In this document: positions 1-10,540 of the stretch, piece after piece
How positions within the stretch are numbered: the first letter of the stretch is position 1
How the letters are laid out: each line of letters begins with the position of its first letter
Source: Chrysomallon squamiferum
Taxonomy: Eukaryota; Animalia; Mollusca
Assembly (NCBI GenBank): GCA_012295275.1
Contig: CM022672.1
Coordinates: 12,276,001 to 12,340,000 of the forward strand
Reading direction: 5' to 3'
DNA length: 64,000 nucleotides
Translations under genes and position numbers: made by a program
The notes under the pieces: generated by a model
Database searches by the model: none
What the model saw: only the letters and a program-made list of their open reading frames with translations
What the model was told of the DNA's origin: nothing

Positions 1-1772
1 TCTTCTTCAATCTTCTTCTCTGCACTTTTCACAACTACTGATTTTTTTGTTTTTGTTTCTTCAGTTGTAGAAGCATCAAATGGTTGAACATGCAGCGTTC
101 TTTTTCCAACTTGGTGGCTTTGTCTTGACAGTACTCTTTGGGCAACTGAAATATATATTAAAATGCTTTAAACCTTTGGTATATGAATCTCTCAGGTTTT
201 CAAAACAAACTGGAAAGAAAGAGTTCTTAGTTGTAAAGCTACAAGAATATTATTTGTTAAAAGAAAATTCACTCGTGAACCTACAAGGACATTCATTGAC
301 TTTATCAATCAGTTTCTTTCTCACTCACATAAACTAGCTGAAAAAAACAACTTAAAAAAAAATATTAAAAAATCCTTGTATTTTCTCTTCAGATTATTAA
401 TATCTTGTATTTTTGTAAAGGACAAATACAAAGTTTTCAGATTATGCTTTAAATATTTGTCAGTTGAAAAGTTTAATCCAAATGTAACATTTGGCTATTA
501 CAGGGTTTTTCGTCTGACAGATTAGATATTAAAATCCAATCAGATGCAAAAGTCAAATGTTCAAATACACAACTTCAGAATAATTAGAAACTGAAACTTC
601 AAGAAAAATGAATAATTATAATCCTAGTTAGTTAGAAATTACAATTTATAAATAGCACTGTATTGGATTTTTGACACAGGTGAAAACAAAAATTGATTAT
701 TAAAGTTTTCTGTCAAAAAAAAAAGATACTATAATAACTGGAAACAAGTGTTTTAATACTATCACATTATCTAAATCAAACCTGTTTCATCTTGAAATGT
801 TATGTAGATGATTTTCTTCTTCTTGTCAGGCTTGAATTCTGATAGTGTTCCACCTCCAGATTTCTTTTTGGCTTTCAAAATATAATTCAATAACTTCAAA
901 ATCATCTTTGGTGATGTTTTTTCCTTCCCATGTTACCATAACAGTATTCATTAGTTTTGTTGTTTTTTCTTCTTCCTCAGCCTGGTCAAGCAGTTCAACC
1001 ATAAGTGTTCTCTTATTGACAAAGTGAGGACTTTTTGCCAAAACCCTTTGAGTAACTGAAAATATTTTCAAAATAATCTTCTGTTTTCTTTCTTTTTTCT
1101 TTTTTTAAACAGTGAATTAAGAAAAAATTAATTTAAAGTCCAGACTTCCTGTATTTACATTTTATATATGTATTTTTTTTTAAAGAACAGATATTAGATG
1201 CAAATGCACTAAAAACAATAAATTAACAAAACAAATTAACAAAAAAAATGATTATATGATTTTCAAACAAAGGATTGTAAGTTAACAAAATTACTTGAAA
1301 TCCACAATGTGCTACACTTGTATTTCATGAAAAAGTTAATTAGATATAAATTAAAGGTTTATAAAGGGAAATTTATGAAAATAAAAGGATTTTCAACATT
1401 GCTCCAATTTTTAACTCTGAAAATGTTGCATGCAATTTAAAGTCTGCTACATTTATACTTAATATCATTACACATTGTTTTTCTTAAAACAAACATTCAG
1501 GATTCAAAATGTAATAAATTAATTATAAGTTTATAAATGAATTTTTTAAAATTAATTTACAGTATTTCATAGTTGCCATGTTAGTGCAGTTGTTATAGGT
1601 CTGGACTCATAATTGTAAAGGTCATGATTTCAATGTCACAGAACTGCACTATTGTCATATGTTAACTTTGGTAACTGTGGTTCACTCAGCTGTAAGTGAG
1701 AACCTAACAGGAAATGGCTGTTAGGTGTATGTGACAATACAAAACTAATTTATGTTTTCAACCAAATTTGCA

Positions 1773-1822
<50 letters not shown>

Positions 1823-4800
1823 GATTCATCAATAATTAAATCTTTAACATTTTTAAGAAAATTTACCTTTTTCATCTTCAAAGGTAATGTAAATTTCCTT
1901 TTTCTTCTTATTATGCTCAAAATTGGTTACATTTTCTCCCCCAGATTTCCTCTTATTTTCAAAATACATTTCCAATATTTCAGCTTCTTCAACAGTAAGA
2001 TCTTTCCCCTGCCATTTTACCAAAATGGTGGTTTTTGGTTTCTTCTCAATTTCTTCATCAGAAGTACTTTGCTGAAGCATTTCCACTTTTAATTTGTCTT
2101 TGTTAATTTTGTGCTTCTTTTTTCTCAGTACTCTCTGAGCAACTGAAACATAAAATCTGGTAAATTACTAAACAAAAATTATTTCAAAAATCAACAAGTT
2201 TAAAAACTAAATGAAGAAGGACTATAAAAACTAGATAATTTTAAAATGTCTTTTACATAATTAATATCATCATATATATATATATATATATATATACACA
2301 ATATTTTTTTTAATCCATTTGCCACAGCCTTCAGTTTCCATAATAAAATAATTTTGTTGAAGACAGGTGCAAAAGAGCTAATATGAATCAATAATAAATA
2401 ACCAATAGAAAAATAGTCAGAATGAAATTATTATTTTTATTTTTTAAATTAAGAAATCTTTGTAACACACTGTTGAGAATGGAAAATTGGTAAAGATAAC
2501 CAATCATACAAATATAAGGCCAGAAGTATACCACCAAGCTTTAGTCTGATTCTAGTTATAACATAGTTTGATGATTTTGTTTAAATATTTTTTTACAGAC
2601 ACAGTTATATCAAACCTTTGACATCACAAAATGTAATGTTAACTCTTTTTGTCTTTGGATTTAGTTTGATTTCCTTAATTTCACCTCCACCAGAACGGCC
2701 TTCATCACAAAAGTAACTCTTTAAAGTATCAACTGAAACATTCTTCCCAAAACCAGAAACTTGTAGTATGAGTAAAGCTAAAGGAATTTTTTGTAATTAA
2801 AATAAACAATAAAAATAAATGATTAAACAATTTTAAATTGCTAAAGTGTATTTTTAATGACATGTATTCACAACTTAAACATATACTGTATAAATTCATA
2901 TAAAAAAAGATACATACAAAATGAAAATATACCAGTTTATTTGTACTAAGTAAAGAATCTTTGGAAATAATAAAACATGCATGATTATGATACAAATAAT
3001 GTAATAATTTTGTGAGAATGCTCAGAGGCTGACATTGATCCTTTTTAAATTATGATAAACTTTTATTAATAAAAGAGTAAAACAAAACATAACATATTGA
3101 GTAAAAATCATTGCTAAGACATAAAAACAATTCAGTCTAAAAGAGATTATTGAAAAATGTACTGTGATAAAATGAGATGTTGTTAGCCTAGGATGGTTAT
3201 GTATCTTCAAAATTTATTCTCAACAATGTTGGAAAGTAGGTTGAGAAAGGGCAAAATGTGATTGTTAATAAAACATATAAAATAACTTTTTGAAAGGTAT
3301 GGTTTCTAGTTCAAATTTTGTGATTTTTCAAGATTTGTTCCAGATTTCAAGAAATCCAAAGTCCATGAGATCAAGGATCAACAGAATTTTGTTAACATAT
3401 TTTATATGTTTCTGTTTTCAAATTTTAAAAACAATAATCACATTTAAAATATAAAAAGCAGACTTTATTTGTATTTATTTATTTATTTATTTGGCATTAG
3501 TCATATGTGTAGATGTAAGTACATATGTGTTTTTATATATTTGCATAATTATGTACATCAATGTAAATATATTAAACTGTTCTGACAAACTAAGTATCTA
3601 ATAAATAATTGAAAATAAAAAAGAATAAGACCTATGATGAATTGAATGGAAAGTTTTGAAGGTGAAATTACCTTGCTGTTCCTGATTTGCTTCTGGATTG
3701 TTTGGAACTTCTTCTTGTAATGGAACATCTTGATCAGAATAAGAACAGTTGTTTTCTGAATGTGATATTGGCTGTGACATTTCAGTTGGGTTTACATTTC
3801 CCATCTGTTGTTGAAAAGACACTGTTTCTTGTTGATAAATCCATGGATAATTTGGTTGTTCCTGAAATGGGTATGGTGAGGAGCTGTATGCTGGTGTGGG
3901 ATTTATATAGTCCTGCTGTTCTGGAGATACCAAGTATGCTTGTTGGGGCACATTTGAAACAGGACTCTGATAGGGATTATGGTACAACATCTGTGCAGGA
4001 CAACTGTACTGATTTTGATCATTTAATGGATAACTCTGATCAGAACTGAAACTTTGTTCATGTGATGTAAATCCATTTGCAGATTCTACTGTTGGTGACA
4101 CTGCATTTTCAGCCAGTCTGTCTTCATTCTTTTCTGTTTTGACAGCAGACTCATTAGTTGCATTGAAATTATCAGATGCATCAAAAAATTCACTGTCATC
4201 ACTACATTCAATGTTTTCAATAGATATTTTTCTTTCTGTTTCACAATGGATCTTCTCTTCTGAAAATGTATCTTCATTGTTTCTTTTTCCAGTTTCTTGG
4301 AGTGAACCATCTTCTCCTCCTTGTGTATCTGTGGTCATCTCTGCTAATGAATTGGTTTCTGATTCACCTTTATCACCATCATCATTTTCTTCACTGATAC
4401 TTGTTTTCAAGTCTTCTGATTCTTTATATTCTCCCAACACATCTCCACCTACTATACTTGAGTTAGAATCCAATATAACACTAATATTGTCAGTGTTGGT
4501 TTGTCCATCATAGTTTTCAAAGTCTTTTCTGTCTCTATTCTCAGTTGTTTGTGCTTCAGCAGTGTTGTCTAAAACTTCCTTACTGTCAAGATCTGATATG
4601 TCTTTGCCATCATCACTATTTGGTGTCATATCAATTTCAGTATCTTCAGTGTTCCTAACATTCACATTTTCAAGATCTGACATGTCTTTCTTATCACTGT
4701 CATCATCTTCTACACCTTGTTCTTCAGTAGCAGTCTCTGAAACTTCATTACCATCATCACTATTTGGTGTCATATCAATTTCAGTATCTTCAGTGTTCCT

Positions 4801-5169
4801 AACATTCACATTTTCCAGATCTGACATGTCTTTCTTATCACTGTCATCATCTTCTACACCTTGTTCTTCAGTAGCAGTGTCTGAAACTTCATTAATATCA
4901 TCACTATTTGGTGTCATATCATTTTCAGTATCTTCAGTGTTCCTAACATTCACATTTTCCAGATCTGACGTCACTTTCTTATCACTGTCATCACCTGCTG
5001 TACCTTGTTCTTCAGTAGCAGTGTCTGAAACTTCATTACCATCATCATTTAGAGTAATACCATCTTTAGTATCTTTACTGTTTTGTAGATTTACATTAAC
5101 CTTGGTATCAGTACCTTCACCATCTGCAACCTTTTCCTCTTTAATTTTACCATCTTCTTGTTCCTCCAT
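1..5169 (-). CDS. PARP14/PARP10-like protein, 5' portion: acidic repeat N-terminus plus tandem RRM-like repeats; continues beyond the window start
   Basis: Hand-spliced GT-AG exons: 5169-3672 (ATG, in-frame TAA just upstream, acceptor at 5186-87), 2732-2616 (VDTLKSYFCDEGRSGGGEIKEIKLNPKTKRVNITFCD), 2142-1867 (VAQRVLRKKKH...LEMYFENKRKSGGENV...IYITFEDEK), 1055-782 (VTQRVLAKSPH...IELYFES; contains a +1 frameshift), 145-1 (VAQRVLSRQSHQVGKRTLHV...). The YFEN.R.SGG...ITF.D...AQRVL....H pattern is typical of the PARP14/PARP10/NMI-type RRM-like domain. No catalytic domain lies in the window, so the family call is provisional. Confidence 0.7.
1575..1812 (+). mobile_element. Degenerate tRNA-derived SINE-like fragment with (AAT)n tail
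   Basis: tRNA-like head (gccatgttagtgcagttgttatagg...gatttcaatgtc), an internal ttcactcagctgtaagtgagaacc box resembling conserved invertebrate SINE central domains, then (taa)n at ~1773-1812. Heavily diverged; recognised by recall only. Confidence 0.35.
4607..5047 (-). repeat. Coding tandem repeat, 144 bp (48 aa) x ~3
   Basis: ccatcatcactatttggtgtc recurs at 4607 and 4751 (period 144). The protein unit DDGNEVSDTATEEQG..DDSDKK..SDLENVNVRNTEDTE.DMTPNS occurs three times. Confidence 0.95.
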
Positions 5170-6840
5170 TTTAAAAACAATTTACCTAAAAACAATAAAC
5201 ATGACCACAAATAAAAAGTAGACTAAAAAAAGGGATCAGTCAGAATCAAATAAAAATAAAGATTAATGTTACAAGTGTCACTGAAAACAGATTGTGTAAC
5301 AAATGTATCTGTTTATTTTTATGTCATGGAATTCAAACTGTATAACCAATTTAAACTTCAATGATATCTGCATGTTTTATTTTTGCTGCAAACTGTTCTA
5401 AAAGAGCTGGCACTTATTAATAAAAGCAAAAAGGTAAAAGCCAACATGAAAACTCAGTCAAGAGGGGAACCAGTGTTTTTGAATGACATTGTTTTTACAG
5501 GCAAATATGGTAAGCCATTGTCTATTCTTATTTTGAAAAGGTGTAATGTGCAATTAACCTGTATGAATAACATTTAATATAGCGAAAAATTTTATTATCT
5601 AATTTTCGTTAATGCAGATTCTTATTTTGTTTTCATTCTCTGTATGACCTTATTCGTATCATTAATCAGTTATTTAAATGTATGTTTTATACATTTTATA
5701 ATGTATTATTATCATGTCATGTTTATATATCATAATTAAATAATTAACTTGTACCTTAACTTGTGTTGTATTTATTTCTCAAATGGATAGATAGAATTAA
5801 TGATTTATATAGATTGCTGTCAATTTAGCATTTATATTCTTTGTTAAGTGACTATTGAAACATCTTTTTACCCTAGGATGAGCCATAATAAAACATCCAA
5901 TATGTTTTAAGGTGTGGGCCCTGTGACAAAAAGATACATACCTGATCTATTATTTTTTTCTATACTTTTATTAATCTTTTAGTTTGAAGTACACTTGTTA
6001 CATCATTTTGCACAGAAACAGTGATGGAAATTGGTTATAGGAACTAGGAGTGTGCTAAGATCTGTGAGGCTGCAGTTGGGAAGAAGGCCAAATCAAGATG
6101 CAATAAGTTGAGTATTTTCATTATTGTTTATTTATTCTTTGATCAAAAGGCACTATCAATATGTTAATTTTAAAATGGATAAACCATTCAGAAAATTACA
6201 AATTAGCAACATATATATTACCTCCACTTGCATACTGGTTCGAAAACTGGATATAAACTAGAAACAAAAATGTTGAAGAATGCTTCCCCCTGAATGCTTA
6301 TCCCCACTTCCAGCATTGTTTCTTTGTACATAATGATACATCGATGTTCAGCTGAAATAAATAATATAATTACATGCACTTCAAGGCATGCAAACTATAT
6401 TTTGGCTATTTGTTCATGACTGTAAAGATATAATTTAACTTTATTGTAAATTTAATGGAAGGAATTCAATTAATTTACAATAATAATATTACACAACATA
6501 ACTTTTAAAAATTAAAAAGTTGAGAACAACACAAATAAAAATTTAAATAAGGAAATAATAATAACATCTCAGGCAAATTAGAAAATGCAGTGTAATTAAA
6601 TTCATGAAAACTAAATAATTATAAGTAAATTATTATTAAATATTATCATATTAATACATTTTGCCTAAAAATATAACTGTTATCGACAGAAAAAGTCCAT
6701 CACATTAGCACTGTGTTAAAATTTAAAGGTCATTATCATCAAGGTTATTGTCGGTAAATTAATTTATATTCAAGTATTAATATTCTCTATTAGTATTAAA
6801 TTAATTTTCGAGTTTTCAAGGAAACAAATAAAACATACAC

Positions 6841-6980
6841 TTGCTAACCATAAGTTAATTTGTTCCATGTAATAGTTTGAAGTATCTCTGGAAATATCAA
6901 TAATTTCTGGTTAAAACATTACTGAAACGACTTAATAATAATATTAAGAAACTGAAAGTACATTCAGGAAATTATTTCCG
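6841..6980 (-). promoter_or_regulatory. Putative proximal promoter/non-coding first exon with ISRE-like element
   Basis: GAAACTGAAAGT at 6948-6959 followed by CAGGAAATT; minus-strand donor GTTAGC at 6848-6843. Confidence 0.45.
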
Positions 6981-7814
6981 CGTTTTCTAAATTTTAATTT
7001 TCGTTGTTATTTATTTATTTTAAATAATTATTATTTTGTTCTTAATTATAATAGGATGGAGTAAATACATTGTGTATATCTGCCTTTGAACTTATCTGCT
7101 GTTGTATGTATTTTAACTGTTTAATTTTAATTTTAATTTAATTTAATTTTGTTTTGTATTGGCTGCTTTCCGTTTTATCTATATTTAGCCTTTTATCATC
7201 TTGTCTTCCGATATGAACTATTCCGGTTATCAACGTACCCAAACCGTAGGGTACCAAACTAAAACGTACCAACTTCTGGTTAAAACGCATTGAAAATACT
7301 TTGTGTCCATTTGGTTGTAATATTTTATTGTACTTATTTATTCATGTACATTTAATTCTCTATAGGTGTTCTGAAGGCAGGACAACTCACACAATATCCT
7401 AGCTGTCTCGCCCTTTTTGAGTGTGAGCTTTTGAAAAGATACAGTCATACGATACATCTAAAAGAAAACTGGGATATTTTGTCCTAATATATCGATCCTT
7501 TTCTTTTTTTACACAGTGTGTTGTTGATGTTACGTGAATGTATATAAAATAAGAATAAACACCAGCTCAGTTTTTGAATAAATCGAACCATAATTTAGTC
7601 AATTTTTTTTCTTTTTTAAATGAATCTGAATAAACCTACAAAGTTGATGATCATAACGCTACTACTAATTTAATAATATATGTGCTTATTTGTTTTGTTC
7701 TATAACGAAAAAAAAAATTCAAACACAGTTTGAACAGTTTTATAACATAGTGACATATTACCTTAAATTACAGTTATCTTATTTTAAATAATTAACAAAT
7801 ACTTAAATAATATT

Positions 7815-7970
7815 TGACTAACCTTAAATACTTCAATCTCTTGTGAGTTTGTATTCTTACAAAGCTTCCAAGAAAATGGATTAATGTTTTTGAAATATTT
7901 CCCCATTAAAAAAGCACGTAACGAAACTGAAACTAGCTTTTTTCACAGGAAATTGTTTTGTCACGTGATT
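7815..7970 (-). promoter_or_regulatory. Putative distal promoter/non-coding first exon with ISRE, GAS and E-box motifs
   Basis: GAAACTGAAACT at 7923-7934; TTCCAAGAA (TTC-N3-GAA) at 7866-7874; TTCACAGGAA at 7942-7951; GTCACGTGA at 7960-7968; minus-strand donor AAG|GTTAGT at 7822. Confidence 0.5.
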
Positions 7971-8415
7971 GAACATGCTGTATTATGTTGTATTAAGACT
8001 TCATGAACTATATGCTTCTGTTTATAATTATTATTTTAAATGGGCATGGAATTAGTTCTAAATGAATATATCCAAAGACCGTGGATTTTTTCCCCTGCCT
8101 CTCGTTAAGCCACGGGTGCCCAAAATGGTCGATCCTCAATAACATCTTTTTTAAATTACAAATATGATCAAGGGAATTAACTGCATATATTCATAAAATA
8201 TTGTTGTTAAAAAAAAAAAAAAAAAAAACAGTTTCAGTATTATCAGAGACATTTATATATATATAATTCAATATATAAATATGTTTCAGCATTTTGTCAT
8301 CCAGAACAGCATCAAGATCCGAACTATTACGATTAAGTACGAATGCGGAGTTGTTAAATTGTACCAAATACATTGGAACTAAACTAAAACTTACCTGCTT
8401 TGAAAATGCTATATA

Positions 8416-9177
8416 CAGTGGTACCTCGAGTGACGAGTGCTCCAACTTACGAGTTTTCCGAGTTATGAGCAGCCGCCCTGGCGATTTTTTGAGTTGCGAG
8501 CCAAAAGCTGATATACGAGCTAGATTTAACTACGCCACCGCTAATTGGCGCAACGAACAGCACAACATCCGCCCAGCATCCTGTGTCTCACTTTTTGCTT
8601 CACGGGGTTACCTCGCCGTGGAAATATCCCTATTGTGTTGTTCTCGTGTTTTATGCGGTAGTTTGCCAAATTTCCATGGATAAGAAAGTGAGTGCAAAGG
8701 ACAGTACTGAGAAGAAGAAGCGGATGATGTCCATTGCATTAAAGTATGAAATCGTAGACAAACATGAGAGAGGTGTGCGTATAGTCAACGTGGTTAGGCA
8801 GTACGAGGGTAGTATTTTTTCGGTATGTACCGTACTGAAACAGAAGGACTTGATAAAGGCTGTATGTCCAGCCAAAGGCCTTATAATAATTCTAAGCTGA
8901 GGACATCTGTCCATGAAGAGACGGAGAAACCTTAACCCTGTAGACTTTACAAAACCAATTTATTTCTTTACATTATTTTTTATTTTGTTTTATGCAATAT
9001 ATTTGTTATTTATACATATATTTTTCTTATTTAAAAGCACTTTAAAAAAAAAATTGGGTGGCTTTTGGGGGGCAGGAACGGATTGGTGGTTTTTCTATTA
9101 ATTTCATTTGGGAAAATTGATTTGATATACGAGCACATTTGAATAACGAATTAAACTCGTAAGTCAAGGTACCACTG
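8416..9177 (+). mobile_element. Internally deleted Tigger/pogo-family (Tc1/mariner) DNA transposon
   Basis: TIRs cagtggtacctcgagtgacgag (8416) and ctcgtaagtcaaggtaccactg (ends 9177), with TA on both flanks. From ATG 8676 it encodes a CENP-B/Tigger-type N-terminal HTH (KKKRMMSIALKYEIVDKHERGVRIVNVVRQY...VCTVLKQK), continuing after a frameshift as KLRTSVHEE. No DDD catalytic domain. Confidence 0.92.
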
Positions 9178-9933
9178 TATAATAATTTGTAATAACGGTT
9201 TCTTGAATATGTAGCATTTTTTGTTCTTCCACTAAGTGTTTTGTTGTTTCTACTTATTTATTTTTTGAAATTCTTGCGTTTTATTCTGGATAGAGAGTTA
9301 CTTGGAGTAGGAGAGAACAGTTTTTAGGGATGTTGGTAAACATGACTAAGAGCTGAGTGAAATTTTTAAAAAAAATTAAAATCATTTATAGTAATTAATG
9401 TATATGTCCGATATTTCAAATTTTAGAACTTGATCTTTCTTGATATATAATTGTAAATGAAGTCAGTATAATTGTGGAAGTTATGAAACATATGAATTAA
9501 AAATCATAAGCATTGGTTCATTTTTGGCGCATCTAATTTTCATATGAATATCCCAAACTTTGTGGAAAAGTTTTATTATTTTTACTTGCATTCATATAGT
9601 TTAATATGGGTTCAGATGTGCTCAGATATATGTTAATTATTTCATTACAGTGTCAAATTCATAAAACGTCTGCCTTTAATAACGTTTTTTATCACCGGCT
9701 GTATTTTTAAAAATTTAATTTATGTGCAAGTTGAAGCGGATGAATTATTCTATAAAGAGAACTGATAGTCAAAAACTTCGACGATCTGCTTTTACTTAGC
9801 CAAACACTCGGAAAAGATGAAAAGGACCTAACTTATCCGATTTCTACCGAAGATGATTGTAGAGGCACCTGCATAATTTATAGAATATTTGTGCTATTTG
9901 ACCGAAAGCCGAAAATTTATGTTGTGATTATTA

Positions 9934-9985
<52 letters not shown>

Positions 9986-10199
9986 TTTTTCTTTTTTTAA
10001 TTTTTTATTATAAGGAAGAAATGTTACCTTTCATTTCATATTAGGCTATTCAAATCCTGTAGTTTTAGCTTTGCCATTATTATTGGATATGTGCATCTGT
10101 ATGTACCTTTATATATCGACATGTGTGGAGTGTATTCTTAAAAAATAAATTAACTAACGATATAAAGAAATATACAAGCATTCGTTAATTTCAAAATGT

Positions 10200-10540
10200 C
10201 TTTATTTATTAAAATGGTCATCCGGAAGCATTAATTTTCGTATTCGCCGATATCGGCTATATAGCAACATATTGGCCTAATTGATGATGAAAACAAGATT
10301 CGTGTGCAAAGTTGTCAGTCTTGCGCGTAAAACTCATAGGGAGAGACGATAGTCGAAAAAGCGTTATATCCAGATAATATTAGTTTATCTTTGTTGTTGA
10401 TATTTTAACTGTAGCTTTAGTATTTGAGTTCATACGTTCATTATGACAGGCACGGATATTGGAAATCGAGAAGATGAATGTTTCATGTCAGGTGTTGTTG
10501 AAGGTCAGTGAATCTGTTTCAGGATTAGGCGTCCATTTTG
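10200..10540 (+). promoter_or_regulatory. CpG-rich OGA promoter/5' region
   Basis: Local CpG enrichment; ETS-like CCGGAAG at 10222-10228; inverted CCAAT near 10271; YY1-like gcgtccattttg at 10529-10540 just inside intron 1. Confidence 0.4.

Noticed and set aside
3687-5221. Plus-strand ORFs of 120, 124 and 219 aa
   Set aside because: Antisense shadows of the acidic, repetitive minus-strand exon; Ser-rich with no independent homology.
9760-9790. Hammerhead-like string ctgata-gtc...gac-gatc
   Set aside because: Lacks the required CUGANGA and GAAA core, and no flanking stems I and III are evident.
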